Shown: positions 28,400 to 39,123 of the stretch, in pieces
Position numbering within the stretch: the stretch's first letter is position 1
Layout of the letters: the number at the start of each line of letters is the position of its first letter
Origin: a virus
Taxonomy: Duplodnaviria; Caudoviricetes
IMG/VR virus record: IMGVR_UViG_3300006793_005371
Coordinates: 1 to 62,600 of that record
DNA: 62,600 nt
Strand: one strand, 5' to 3'
Program-made: the position numbers and the translations under genes
Notes under the pieces: model-generated
Databases searched by the model: none
Told to the model about the DNA's origin: nothing
Seen by the model: only the letters and a program-made list of their open reading frames with translations

Positions 28400-29604
28400 T
28401 GCTTGACCTAAAGAGATCATTCCCTACTCTTGCCAACAACCCAGAATTAGCATATTTCGATTCCGCCGCCAGTACTCAAACACATGAGTCAGTAATAAAG
28501 GCAATGAATGAATACTACGAACATTTTCGCTCTAACACAAACAGAGGCGAATATGCTATCAGCGAGAGAACTGCTGTTGCAGTAGAAACCGCAAAAGAAC
28601 AAGTAGCAAACCTTATTAATGTTCCTGCAAGTCAACTAATGTTTACCGCTGGTACAACGCAAGGCTTAAACATGATAGCACGTTGGATGAGAGATAAGAA
28701 AACTGTTATTGTAACAGAAGCAGAACATAATGCTAATATTGTTCCTTGGCTAACACAAGGTAAAAGTACGTCAGACGATAGTATTGCTGTTATGCCTATA
28801 AATGATTTTAATGGTGAAATTGACTTATACGAACTAGAAAAACTACTAGATAAACATGCTGGAGGTTGGCAAGATTTATTAGTAAGTTTTTGTGCTACAA
28901 GTAATGTAACAGGAGTTACACAACCATGGGAAGCCATAACTGACTTAGCACACAAATACGGTGCTAGTGTATGTATAGATTTTTGTCAAACTGTAGCACA
29001 CAAAAAAATAGACTTAACAAAAACAAAAGTTGAATTTGCAGTTTTTAGTTCACACAAAATGTATGGACCAACTGGCATTGGAGCATTATATACGTCATTT
29101 GATTTTGAAGACTTAGTTCCTCTTTACTATGGCGGTGGCGCAGTTGATTCAGTGTCGTTTGATAGTGTATCACTAAAACAAGGTGTAGCAAAACATTGTC
29201 CAGGAACACCGGATATTGCAAACATTATTGGCTTCGGTGTTGCTTGTGAAATGATAAGATATGTAGGTTATCCTACTATATATTTACAAGAGAAAGATGT
29301 ACTACAGAGTTTACTTAGTTATGGTGTTGATGTATTACCTAATTGTAGAGTATATCCTGAACTAGGATTTGACACAAATGTAATAAGTTTAATACCTATC
29401 AAAGGACATAGTGCTGATGTAGGACAACTAATGTCAAACACAGACGTTGCTATACGAACTGGTAAAGTATGTGCTCACCCTATAGTAGATAGAATAAGCG
29501 GAGGTAAAGGTATAGTAAGAATATCGTATGCTCCATATAACGATGATGCAGATTGTAAAAAACTTTGCCAAGAATTAGCCAAAGCACTAGTAAAGGTAAA
29601 ATAA
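28399..29604 (+). CDS. sufS: SufS/CsdA-type cysteine desulfurase
   Basis: YFDSAASTQ, EHNANIVPW, SSHKMYGPTGIG, RTGKVCAHP. Confidence 0.88.
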   Translation: MLDLKRSFPTLANNPELAYFDSAASTQTHESVIKAMNEYYEHFRSNTNRGEYAISERTAVAVETAKEQVANLINVPASQLMFTAGTTQGLNMIARWMRDKKTVIVTEAEHNANIVPWLTQGKSTSDDSIAVMPINDFNGEIDLYELEKLLDKHAGGWQDLLVSFCATSNVTGVTQPWEAITDLAHKYGASVCIDFCQTVAHKKIDLTKTKVEFAVFSSHKMYGPTGIGALYTSFDFEDLVPLYYGGGAVDSVSFDSVSLKQGVAKHCPGTPDIANIIGFGVACEMIRYVGYPTIYLQEKDVLQSLLSYGVDVLPNCRVYPELGFDTNVISLIPIKGHSADVGQLMSNTDVAIRTGKVCAHPIVDRISGGKGIVRISYAPYNDDADCKKLCQELAKALVKVK

Positions 29605-29632
29605 ATATCCGTATAATTATAAAGGAAAAAAT

Positions 29633-30193
29633 ATGTTTTATGTAACAACACCTAACGTAACATTTAAAACTAGAATTCAAATTGACGAAGCACCTGGATT
29701 TGCTTGGAAAGATATGCTTACTAGTGAAATGTTTACTGGCAGACGAGTAGTACTTGTTGCTTTACCAGGTGCATTCACACCAACTTGTTCAAGTACACAT
29801 TTACCAGGATACGAAGCCGCGTATAACGATATCACAGATTTAGATATCGACGAAGTATATTGTATCAGTGTAAACGATAGTTTTGTTATGAACTCTTGGT
29901 TTAAGAGCCTATCAGTAGAAAATGTAAAACCTGTTCCAGATGGAGCCGGCGAGTTTACAAGAAAAATGGGTTTCCTAATTGATAAATCTAATATTGGATT
30001 TGGTTATAGAAGTTGGAGATACAGTATGGTTATTGATAACGGTATTGTAGAACAAATGTTTATTGAACCTGGTTTTGATGATAACGCAGATGGCGATCCA
30101 TTCCAAGTTAGTGATGCTGATACTATGGTACAATACTTATCAGATGTTAGAGAAGCAAGAGCCAAAGCACAGGAATCTACAGAATCTTCCTAA
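29633..30193 (+). CDS. Peroxiredoxin (Prx5 type)
   Basis: LPGAFTPTCSSTHLPG, SVNDSFVM, RSWRYSM. Confidence 0.95.
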   Translation: MFYVTTPNVTFKTRIQIDEAPGFAWKDMLTSEMFTGRRVVLVALPGAFTPTCSSTHLPGYEAAYNDITDLDIDEVYCISVNDSFVMNSWFKSLSVENVKPVPDGAGEFTRKMGFLIDKSNIGFGYRSWRYSMVIDNGIVEQMFIEPGFDDNADGDPFQVSDADTMVQYLSDVREARAKAQESTESS

Positions 30194-30641
30194 CATAAAT
30201 ATTAGACTCTGAAGTCTCAGTTTTAATAAAGCCGCCGACAGTTTCAAAGCCAAATTTGGTATAAGCACTTAAGGCGGTTTCTCTTGGTAAACTCCAAATC
30301 ATTTCACAGTTCTCTTTTTTTGCTTGTAACTCAGTTACATTAAATAGATATTGTGCAACACCAGATTTTCTATACTTAGGATCAACCCAAATACCTCTAC
30401 TGCGATAATGCATATCTGATGTTCTGTGTCCTGAGTTCACACCTATTAGTTTACGGTCTTTTGCTACTCCAAAGAATGTAGGGGTATACTTGTCTAATAT
30501 ACTCATATCATATTCATCGGGGTCGCCTTCAAAAGGCCAAGTCATTACACTCATTGGCTCTATTGCACTTTCGCGATGAGGCCAAAGTTTGGTTTCCCAA
30601 ACTGCTCTTATCTCTTCAAACTGTACCTTGAAACCGTTCAT
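30177..30641 (-). CDS. GNAT acetyltransferase
   Basis: RGIWVDPKYRKSGVA, YTKFGF. Confidence 0.85.
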   Translation of the reverse strand: MNGFKVQFEEIRAVWETKLWPHRESAIEPMSVMTWPFEGDPDEYDMSILDKYTPTFFGVAKDRKLIGVNSGHRTSDMHYRSRGIWVDPKYRKSGVAQYLFNVTELQAKKENCEMIWSLPRETALSAYTKFGFETVGGFIKTETSESNIYVRKIL

Positions 30642-30693
30642 ATGCTATATTTACTAGATAAATAACTTTTAAGAGTAAAAAAAGGCGTTGATT

Positions 30694-31356
30694 ATGTCAA
30701 AAAATGCAATACTTATTACATCACCGAGATGCGGTAGCACAACATTCTTACACAATATAGCAACTGCTAATCCTGGTATGCACAACTGGGGAGAGGATCT
30801 TAGAACTCTTGGGCACGGGTATGAACCATTTCCAAAGACAGATGCACAAAGAAAAGCACAATTCAAACAAGTAATAAGGGCCTGGAACGATCCTACACAG
30901 TCTAATTGTGTTAAAGTATTTCCGTTGATGTTAAGAGAGCAATTATCACCTTGGCGCAAAGAGACATTTTTGCAGGACTTAATGAGTGAGGCTGACGAAT
31001 GCTACTACTTACTTCGACGAGACTTAGAAGCACAGGTTAAGAGTGCTGTAGTTGCCTTTTATAAAACTATGCAAGGCGATGTTAATTTCCATCATAGTTG
31101 GGACGAAACTTTAATAATTCCAGATAATGATCAGACTAGAAAACTAGTTCGTACATGTGAACGACAAATGTATGCATCTAATGTTGAGGTTGTACATATT
31201 TGGAAAAATACTCCACATAGTTGGTTGCGTAGTGAACATAAAAAAGAAATAATTTGGCTAGAAGATAGAGACCAATCACAAAAGTATAATAGACCAGTAG
31301 AGTTCGAGAAGGAACCAGATATTATTGAAAACGATTGGGAAGTGTTGTTTAGTTAA
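30694..31356 (+). CDS. Sulfotransferase-like protein
   Basis: ITSPRCGSTTF and LLRRD...S PAPS-binding-like motifs. Confidence 0.6.
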   Translation: MSKNAILITSPRCGSTTFLHNIATANPGMHNWGEDLRTLGHGYEPFPKTDAQRKAQFKQVIRAWNDPTQSNCVKVFPLMLREQLSPWRKETFLQDLMSEADECYYLLRRDLEAQVKSAVVAFYKTMQGDVNFHHSWDETLIIPDNDQTRKLVRTCERQMYASNVEVVHIWKNTPHSWLRSEHKKEIIWLEDRDQSQKYNRPVEFEKEPDIIENDWEVLFS

Positions 31357-32427
31357 TTATGCGTAACTAACGTATACAGTAGCCGCACCTTGTGAGGACG
31401 TACCTTGCGTAGTATATACTTTTAACGTATTGTCGGCATCTAAAGCATTAGTATAAACATAACTTGGGTTAGTAACATACACACCAGTTTCACTTAAATC
31501 AACGTATGTAGTACTCATTAACCTTGAGTTATTGTTATCATCACCTACAGTTAGTGTACTAGTACCATCAAATGCAGTTGTAACGTTAACCATTACTTGC
31601 ATTGGTTTAGTTGAAGCACTTATACCACCTAATGTTTGTGTACCGCCATCGTATGTAGCACTTGCACTTAATGTTTGTGCATCAGTACCTGAACTGTCTT
31701 GAGTACTAATTAATGTTAAGTGTCCAGTAGCAGTAGGATTATCTTGCTTAGCCAGGTAAACACCATACTCACCATCACCAACATCAGTAACTTCAATAAT
31801 GTCACCTTCGTTAATTGTGTTATCGGCAAATACTGCTGTCATGTTAGCCTTTCTAAACGAAGCACTTGCTCCGGAGGCATCTGCACCAATACCTGTTGCC
31901 CCTGAATACTTAGCACCTGCCATGTATATAACATTTGCTGTACCTGTGCCTATTGCTGTTGGTAAGTTATTACCTATAAAGTGTAGTACACCTGATTGGT
32001 AATCGAAGTACCATTGGTCGTCACTACCAGAACCTGTTTCAAATAACTGTGTTCCGCTTGTTTGTGGATCAGTGTCATCCGCCGCACTTGCATAAACTTT
32101 AACTTGATATGTTGCTCCAAAACTTGGAGCAATCCAATTAGTAATACCTGTTGTCCATGTTCTGTTATCAGAGGATGTAGCATCTTCTGTTAGTTTGTGT
32201 GCCTTACCTAGTGCGTCACTGTAAACTGTTACAATGCTTGAATTCGCTGTTGGTATAACTCCTGGTATGCTGGCACTCTGAGCCCAAATTTGATCAACTT
32301 TAATAATAAAATCGGATGATGTACCTTCGTTTGGTGCTTTTTTATTTGCATTAGTATCAGTTTTGGCTTTACCAAAACCAACTTTTTTCCAAAGTAGGTC
32401 AACTTTTTGACTATCTGATATTGCCAT
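31357..32427 (-). CDS. Probable virion structural protein
   Basis: G/S/T rich, WYFDYQSGVLHF; C-terminal domain similar to 8409 and 8964 proteins. Confidence 0.6.
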   Translation of the reverse strand: MAISDSQKVDLLWKKVGFGKAKTDTNANKKAPNEGTSSDFIIKVDQIWAQSASIPGVIPTANSSIVTVYSDALGKAHKLTEDATSSDNRTWTTGITNWIAPSFGATYQVKVYASAADDTDPQTSGTQLFETGSGSDDQWYFDYQSGVLHFIGNNLPTAIGTGTANVIYMAGAKYSGATGIGADASGASASFRKANMTAVFADNTINEGDIIEVTDVGDGEYGVYLAKQDNPTATGHLTLISTQDSSGTDAQTLSASATYDGGTQTLGGISASTKPMQVMVNVTTAFDGTSTLTVGDDNNNSRLMSTTYVDLSETGVYVTNPSYVYTNALDADNTLKVYTTQGTSSQGAATVYVSYA

Positions 32428-35400
32428 TATGCTATACTCACTGCTGTTAAGGAGTCTCCTGACTCCAATTTAATTCTTACTAGTATGTTATTACCTGTTG
32501 CACCAGTACCGTTTTGGTCACCTAGTGTAAATGTGAAACTATCGCTACTCATACTAGTTCCATCTATAATTCGGTCTCCTGACGTAAACGCACAACCATT
32601 TGAACCATTACCACCATTACTTGTATCAGCACCTGGTGTTCCTGCTCCTGCGTATGTCGATGTACAATCTAACCAACCGTTAATTGTACTTGCATCGTCG
32701 ATGTCAGTACCTGGTGCGGCAATAAACATTCCGCTTATTGTACCAGTTAATGTAACAGTGAAGTTAGACATTGTTGTTCTTCTAAATGCAAAAGTAAAGT
32801 ATTGTGATCCACTTCTGCCTGTGTTCAAGTCTGGCCCTGCTGGCAAGTATCCTGAACTTAAATCTGTTGTATAATGTTGTAGTGTGCCTAGTCTTACTAT
32901 TGCTTCTGATGTTCCTGCTACTGTAACAGCACCACTCCATGCATTTGCTGTATAGAAGTTTGTTGATCCTGCAATAGCCGGTGTATCACTTGCACCACTA
33001 AAGCCTGTAATTCTCAACCCATCATCGTCATGTGTAGCACCCAAACTGTCTGCTACTGGAATGGCACCTTCTACAAAACCACTTGGAGCATCTGTATGCA
33101 CTTGTATCTTAGTACCTAAGTCACTTGCGTAATTACTGTAGCCCATTAAGTTTTGTATTCTACCTTTAATAGTTTCTATTGATTTAGCACCACTACTAGT
33201 TAAAGTAATATCAATGTCACCTAATGCATAAGCACTAGCAACACCTGTTTGTGCAATTGGTACACCGCTACTTAGCATTGTACTCGCACCGTCTATATCT
33301 GTATAACTAAAGTTAGTTGTACTTATAGCACTATCTGATGTACTCTCATAATTAGTACCTGAAGTAAATTGTAAAATTTGACTTCCATCGTAATATGCTT
33401 CTCCAACTAAATTATCTACTGTTAATCCTGATATTCTAATTTGAGGTGAACCTGTGTTATAATAAGGTATTCCTGAAATATGTCTAAGTGATCCTGCACT
33501 AACTTGTGTTACTGTAGCACTACCTACGTTTAATGTAGGAGCAGTTGTAACATTATCTTTAACAAATTGTATTTCGTTAGTGTTACCTGTTGTGCTATGA
33601 CTTAGTTCAAGTTTGTGTATACCTTTTGCTAAACTAGTAATGCTTTTACTTGCTCTAGCACTAAACACTTGATAAAAGTTTGAAGGGTAACTGCTACCTA
33701 TTTCGCTTCTAGCATCACCTTCTGATGAAATCACTAATGAATCAAATGTTCCTGTTTCACCTGTTGATGTACTGAATGTTTTTGCACCATCGGCACTATC
33801 ATTTAATAACGCAGATAATGTTCCTGTATCACTTCTGTAAGCATTACTTACTGTACTACTTTGTACTGTTCCTGATTCAAATCTTCTTAATGTACTTGAC
33901 TGTAATGAATCACCTGCACTTGGAGGTGTAGTACCTGTATTGTTTGTTGCACCTGAGGCTAATCTTCCACCTTGATCGTAGTTAGTATTCCATGATAGAG
34001 ACTTACTGCTTAATCCTTGTGGAGCAGTTGGAACTGCTTTAACAACTATTGTTTCTGAATCGGTATCAGTTTGTGCTGTTATATCTGGTGTTCCACTAGT
34101 TGAAAATGATAATGTGTAGTTTCCTGCACTTGCACTATTGTAATCATGCGTAATGTTAGCACCTGCTACAGAACCTGCTGGTGAACCGGACTCATTAACT
34201 GTTCCTGAGTTATCACCGTCACCCCATGTGTAAACATAACTATCACCGTTTTGTGTAGTATTGTCTACAGTTACTATTGCTCTATTGTTACCACTTAAAT
34301 CTGTGCCTTTGTAAACTGTTCTTATGTTGTCACCACTAGCATCATTTAAACTTGAATTTACTGCTGATGCTGTAATACTTGCTCTAACATCTGGTTCAAC
34401 GTGGATTGTGAAGTCACTACTTATAAATGGTGAACTTGAATGTTCTGATAACACTCTTAAGTTACCTGTGTAATCTACTGCTGTACCACTTGATTGTTGT
34501 CCATTGCTTAATTGATAAGTGTGATCAATTGTTCCACCTGTATCACCTGCGGCACCACTACCTGTATTTACAGTTGTAGTTGTTCCATCTCCCCAAGTGT
34601 ATCTATATTGTATTCCGTATGCGGCATAACTACCAATTGTGTTTTCAGTATTGTTTGTAAACGTTACTGGGTGTCCGTTTGTTCCTGTTTCGTTAATACC
34701 ACTTGTACTACTTGTTGCAACTGTTGGAGTATGCGTATCGTATACTTTGATTGTTTTTGATACTTCTTGAGGAACTTGACTTGGATCTGCTGTACTATGC
34801 GTAAGCATGTTTAGTTTAGTTGTAAACGTTTGCTCTGTTTCAGTTGCAGTTGCATAAGTGTGTGCTAGTCTTGAACCATTTGCACCACCTGGATAGTCGT
34901 TATCTGTAACTGAACTATTTGCTGAACCGTCACCCCATTGTATTTCGTAACTAGCATCTGCTATACCATTTACATTTGTAGTATTGTTGTCTAAGTATAA
35001 TGCAACACCATCGTCGACAAAAGTAACTGCTGAGCCGCCACTTGAAGCGGCATACATATCAAATGCTACAACTGGGTTAGCAGTATATAATGTAATAAAA
35101 TTTGTTTTAGTAATACTTGCTGTACTACCTTCTCCTGCACCTAAATTATTGAATGCTGTAACCACAACATCAAACGGTGAGTTTGAATTATCTGTATAAG
35201 TATGACTTGGTGTACTATCTGTTGTAGCAGTTGTTGAACTACCATCACCCCAGTCAATTGTATATCTGTTAGGTGAGCCTTCTGTGGCGATTGTTAATGT
35301 ACTTGTTAACGGTGCTCCACCTACTGCGGTATCAACTGTAACAGAAACGTCACGTACGAAAGTGTCGTTTTGTACATTTAGCATTGCTTCGTTAAGTTTG

Positions 35401-35753
35401 TCAATTGCTTCAGTAACAGTTGTGCTGGAATCTAAAGATGTAATAGCACTTTGTCTAATTGCAGAGCCACTTGCTCCGTCAATGTTAGGTGTAATAAAGT
35501 ATTTGCCGTCTGCCGGAGTACCCAATGTAAATGCTGTGGCTACTGTACCTGAACTTGCGGCATCTAATTGGCTCTTAGTTACAAAATCTGCGGCATTTGA
35601 ACCATCAGCACCTTGCACAGTGGTTAATGTACCACCCAAGTCTTTAAATTGGAATGTACCAGTAGATACGTCTGCGAGAAGCCTCGGACCCTGTTTGCCA
35701 AGTTGAACATCTCTACCTAATCCACTTTGCCCGTAATTTTTAAAATCAGCCAT
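32427..35753 (-). CDS. Large PKD-repeat virion (fibre/decoration) protein
   Basis: Four WGDG...H.Y PKD motifs; N-terminal KNYGQSG..VQLGKQG and VTKSQLDAA; TAAATA box upstream. Confidence 0.75.
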   Translation of the reverse strand: MADFKNYGQSGLGRDVQLGKQGPRLLADVSTGTFQFKDLGGTLTTVQGADGSNAADFVTKSQLDAASSGTVATAFTLGTPADGKYFITPNIDGASGSAIRQSAITSLDSSTTVTEAIDKLNEAMLNVQNDTFVRDVSVTVDTAVGGAPLTSTLTIATEGSPNRYTIDWGDGSSTTATTDSTPSHTYTDNSNSPFDVVVTAFNNLGAGEGSTASITKTNFITLYTANPVVAFDMYAASSGGSAVTFVDDGVALYLDNNTTNVNGIADASYEIQWGDGSANSSVTDNDYPGGANGSRLAHTYATATETEQTFTTKLNMLTHSTADPSQVPQEVSKTIKVYDTHTPTVATSSTSGINETGTNGHPVTFTNNTENTIGSYAAYGIQYRYTWGDGTTTTVNTGSGAAGDTGGTIDHTYQLSNGQQSSGTAVDYTGNLRVLSEHSSSPFISSDFTIHVEPDVRASITASAVNSSLNDASGDNIRTVYKGTDLSGNNRAIVTVDNTTQNGDSYVYTWGDGDNSGTVNESGSPAGSVAGANITHDYNSASAGNYTLSFSTSGTPDITAQTDTDSETIVVKAVPTAPQGLSSKSLSWNTNYDQGGRLASGATNNTGTTPPSAGDSLQSSTLRRFESGTVQSSTVSNAYRSDTGTLSALLNDSADGAKTFSTSTGETGTFDSLVISSEGDARSEIGSSYPSNFYQVFSARASKSITSLAKGIHKLELSHSTTGNTNEIQFVKDNVTTAPTLNVGSATVTQVSAGSLRHISGIPYYNTGSPQIRISGLTVDNLVGEAYYDGSQILQFTSGTNYESTSDSAISTTNFSYTDIDGASTMLSSGVPIAQTGVASAYALGDIDITLTSSGAKSIETIKGRIQNLMGYSNYASDLGTKIQVHTDAPSGFVEGAIPVADSLGATHDDDGLRITGFSGASDTPAIAGSTNFYTANAWSGAVTVAGTSEAIVRLGTLQHYTTDLSSGYLPAGPDLNTGRSGSQYFTFAFRRTTMSNFTVTLTGTISGMFIAAPGTDIDDASTINGWLDCTSTYAGAGTPGADTSNGGNGSNGCAFTSGDRIIDGTSMSSDSFTFTLGDQNGTGATGNNILVRIKLESGDSLTAVSIA

Positions 35754-35830
35754 TTATAGTGTTCCTACATGTTGTATTGATATAAGTATTTATCATAAAA
35801 CTATCAAAAATTTATTTAGGTGTATTATCT

Positions 35831-36415
35831 ATGTTTGTGGAAAGAATAAAGGAAATCCAGTCTACTACGGATGCTATAGTGTCTATTGTTGACATCGATC
35901 CGCCTAGTATGTTCATAGACAACTATTTTAGTCTCTCTGATACACAATATTTATTAGACACAGCACCAAAATTAACTGAAAGTATAAGTTTACCAAACGG
36001 CGAATTATACCTATTGACCCCATACTCAGACGATGTAGTAAAATCTTTTAGCATACACATAGCATTTATGCTCAACTATCCTGTAACACACCTAAGTTAT
36101 ATAGAATTGTATAAAATTAATAAAGGTAGTAAACTTGTACTAGAAACAGAAGATGTAGTTAAAGTACAAGAAAGCATTGTAGCAAACAGTCCATGGGGTA
36201 GAATAACATCGCAGGCATGTGTTCCAATGACACCTGGTGGAGTTTTTAAGATGAATGATTTAACGTTCACCGCCCATAATAGATTATTTGCTGTAGAAAA
36301 GGTTGACCAAAACACAAAAGAGCAGTATAATAGTGTGTTGGAATATAATGCTGTTGATCAGGACTCGTGGATCATTAATTTTAAATTTGCAGAAAATCCA
36401 AGGAACCTTATATGA
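35831..36415 (+). CDS. Hypothetical protein, possible degenerate prolyl-hydroxylase-like fold
   Basis: PPSMFIDNYFS resembles P4H N-terminus; no HxD. Confidence 0.4.
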   Translation: MFVERIKEIQSTTDAIVSIVDIDPPSMFIDNYFSLSDTQYLLDTAPKLTESISLPNGELYLLTPYSDDVVKSFSIHIAFMLNYPVTHLSYIELYKINKGSKLVLETEDVVKVQESIVANSPWGRITSQACVPMTPGGVFKMNDLTFTAHNRLFAVEKVDQNTKEQYNSVLEYNAVDQDSWIINFKFAENPRNLI

Positions 36416-36849
36416 AACTGAGCTATAAAGATTGCGGTACAATAGGTTTTACATGTAGTACGTTTGACTTGTTACATGCAGGGCATATTACAATGCTTGA
36501 AGAAGCAAAGCATCACTGTGATTATTTAATTGTAGGTTTGCAAAACGATCCTACTGAAGATCGTCCAGAAAAGAATAAACCTATACAAAGTATTGTTGAA
36601 AGACAAATACAATTAGCGGCTGTAAAATATGTAGATGAGATTGTAATCTATAACACCGAACAAGATCTTAAGGACTTACTTCTTACGTTACCTATTAATG
36701 TTAGAATACTTGGCGATGAATACAAAAGCAGAGAATTCACAGGTAAGGATATTGCTAAACAACGTGACATGAAAATTGTTTACAATGGGAGAGACCACTC
36801 TTTCTCTTCCACAAGTTTGAGGAAAAGAGTACAAACAAATCAAATATGA
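36412..36849 (+). CDS. tagD: Glycerol-3-phosphate cytidylyltransferase-like
   Basis: STFDLLHAGH, LIVGLQ, YVDE, SSTSLR. Confidence 0.85.
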   Translation: MKLSYKDCGTIGFTCSTFDLLHAGHITMLEEAKHHCDYLIVGLQNDPTEDRPEKNKPIQSIVERQIQLAAVKYVDEIVIYNTEQDLKDLLLTLPINVRILGDEYKSREFTGKDIAKQRDMKIVYNGRDHSFSSTSLRKRVQTNQI

Positions 36850-37616
36850 AAGTTTTAATTTATGGCCTGCCCGGTTCAGGCAAAACAACGTTAGCAAAAA
36901 AACTTTATCAAACACTAGGTGAAGATAAAGTTGCATGGTTCAATGCAGACAAAGTCAGAGAAGAAGCAGACGACTGGGACTTCTCTGAAGAAGGTAGAAT
37001 ACGACAAAACGAAAGAATGAATAAGTTAAGTGACAATGCTTCAGCAGAAGGTCAAATTGCAATAGCAGATTTCGTTGCACCATTTCATGATCAACGATTG
37101 ATATTCAATGCAGATATTGAAATCTTTATGGACACTATAGAAGAAGGTAGATTTGAAGATACCAATAAAGTATTCCAAAGAAGTGTATATGCTGATTACA
37201 CCTGCGATAGTTGGAACGACGATGACCCTGTCAATATTGCTTGGCTTATAGGTAGTAGATTTTTTGATGTACAAAAACCCACAACACAAATGTTAGGTAG
37301 ATATCAGCCTTGGCATGATGGGCATCAAGCATTGTTTGAGAGAGCATTAGCAAAACATGGGCAAGTAAATATAATGGTTAGAGACATGCCTACAGATAAA
37401 AATAATCCTTATACAGCACAGGAAGTTATTGCAAATTTAAGCAAACAATTAGTAAGTTTTGCAGGCCAAGTTATGTTTAGTATAGTTCCAAATATAGTAA
37501 ATATAACATATGGCAGAGATGTCGGTTATAAGATAGAACAAGAACAATTTGATAAAGAAATAGAGAATATTTCAGCAACAAAAATTAGAGAGGAAAGTAA
37601 GTGTTTAAAAATTTAA
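36846..37616 (+). CDS. Adenylylsulfate kinase-like P-loop domain fused to HIGH nucleotidyltransferase
   Basis: GLPGSGKTT, NADKVR, DFS..GR; GRYQPWHDGH, ISATKIR. Confidence 0.8.
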   Translation: MKVLIYGLPGSGKTTLAKKLYQTLGEDKVAWFNADKVREEADDWDFSEEGRIRQNERMNKLSDNASAEGQIAIADFVAPFHDQRLIFNADIEIFMDTIEEGRFEDTNKVFQRSVYADYTCDSWNDDDPVNIAWLIGSRFFDVQKPTTQMLGRYQPWHDGHQALFERALAKHGQVNIMVRDMPTDKNNPYTAQEVIANLSKQLVSFAGQVMFSIVPNIVNITYGRDVGYKIEQEQFDKEIENISATKIREESKCLKI

Positions 37617-38086
37617 TGTTTTTGGTAGTAGTATTGGTTGCAAGTAGATTTATAGGTTTACCTGCCAACTTTACACCACTGTTAGCATTGGCTGTCTTTA
37701 TGCCAAGGTTAACTGACGATAAAAGACTGCAATACTTACTTCCTGTAGCACTAATGGCATTCTCAAATCTATTTTTAGAGCCAGTAAACTGGTTTATACT
37801 TGCAAGTATACTTACTGTATTCGCTGTTACGCCTACTATAAGTAGGCACACAAAGAGCCTTTTTTGGGGTAGTGTAAGTGCTATAGGCATATGGCATGTT
37901 GCTGTAAACGGCTCTGTGTGGCTTGTAAGCGGTGGTTCGCTACTAGATACATACGTTGCGGCCATTCCCTTCGATTTTAAAATAGCAGTCAGCACAAGTT
38001 TATATGTAGCATTGTTTCATTGTGCTGAAAACATCTATGCACACCTTAGTAGGTCAAATACAAAATTATTAGATAGGTTGGTATGA
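37601..38086 (+). CDS. Multi-TM protein, DUF6580/ECF S-component-like
   Basis: SR...PANFTPLLALAVF, YVAAIPF. Confidence 0.6.
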   Translation: MFKNLMFLVVVLVASRFIGLPANFTPLLALAVFMPRLTDDKRLQYLLPVALMAFSNLFLEPVNWFILASILTVFAVTPTISRHTKSLFWGSVSAIGIWHVAVNGSVWLVSGGSLLDTYVAAIPFDFKIAVSTSLYVALFHCAENIYAHLSRSNTKLLDRLV

Positions 38087-39123
38087 CCGACGAAATAATT
38101 CCGAATACAGTACCAAGGGGAGGACCAGGAGACTTTCCTGAAGTACTCTATAATCAATACAAAAGAACTTATACACCCAATTACAGTGAAAATGATTCTT
38201 CTATATTTGGTACAGAGTTTTTTGATAGACCTGCAAGTGATGTGATCGAAACTAGACAAGAATGCAGAGTAAATAATTTTCCTAACACTGAATTTGCGAT
38301 ATATAGAAAAAGCAACGAATTAGTTATGTTCTTTGGAGAGAGTTGGGCATACGGTGGCAAAATTAGAGATATGGTTGTTGGCAATGAAGTAAGGGAATCT
38401 ATTGAAAGTGTTGTAAGAGGAATTGTAGAACCAGTGGGTCCTAAGTTGTCACAATTATTAGACTGTGATTTATATCAAAGTGCATGGCCAGGTGATCATA
38501 CAACAAACATGTTTGAAAAAGCAGAACGTATGTTACCACAGTGGGTACATAAGTATAACGAAGTTAAGTTATGCATTCAAATAACTGATCCACACAGATG
38601 TGCAAATGCTTGTTATCTATATGATACACCATGGATTAACAAATACACTAACGACACAGGTACTACAATAGGTATAACTGCTGAAGAATGGTTATACGAA
38701 TATGATAAATCGTTTCTAGTGTGGGCAGATGAGATTATACAAAAGTATAACAACGTAGATATTGTGCTATGGAAGAACTTTAATCCGTGGTGTATCAACA
38801 AAGACGAAAGAGACCAATACAAAACTAAAACACAAGATTTAGATTGGACCACATTTAATGCACAACTTGACGGTGTAGAGTTATTGGAAGGAAGACAAAT
38901 TAGTAATCCTGCATTGCTGTTAAGAGAGCCTAACTGCATGATGAGTTGGCTTCTCGGAACTCCTGTAGCATGGAGAGACCATCAAATAAAATGCATAGAA
39001 GACGTACAAAATTATTGGAACGACATATCGTTTCAAAAACTAAAGATGAATGTAAATTATCCTAGTCCAACAAGTCATAGATTATGGGCAATGCAATTAG
39101 CAAGTGCTGGTGGATGGAAATGA
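38083..39123 (+). CDS. Hypothetical protein, SGNH-like
   Basis: FFGESWAYG and YPSPTSHRLWA. Confidence 0.5.
   Translation: MTDEIIPNTVPRGGPGDFPEVLYNQYKRTYTPNYSENDSSIFGTEFFDRPASDVIETRQECRVNNFPNTEFAIYRKSNELVMFFGESWAYGGKIRDMVVGNEVRESIESVVRGIVEPVGPKLSQLLDCDLYQSAWPGDHTTNMFEKAERMLPQWVHKYNEVKLCIQITDPHRCANACYLYDTPWINKYTNDTGTTIGITAEEWLYEYDKSFLVWADEIIQKYNNVDIVLWKNFNPWCINKDERDQYKTKTQDLDWTTFNAQLDGVELLEGRQISNPALLLREPNCMMSWLLGTPVAWRDHQIKCIEDVQNYWNDISFQKLKMNVNYPSPTSHRLWAMQLASAGGWK

Noticed and set aside
19043-29604. Cellular origin of housekeeping genes
   Set aside because: Interleaved with phage-type genes, share TAAATA boxes, and lack bacterial operon context (no iscR/hscBA; clpX separated from clpP)
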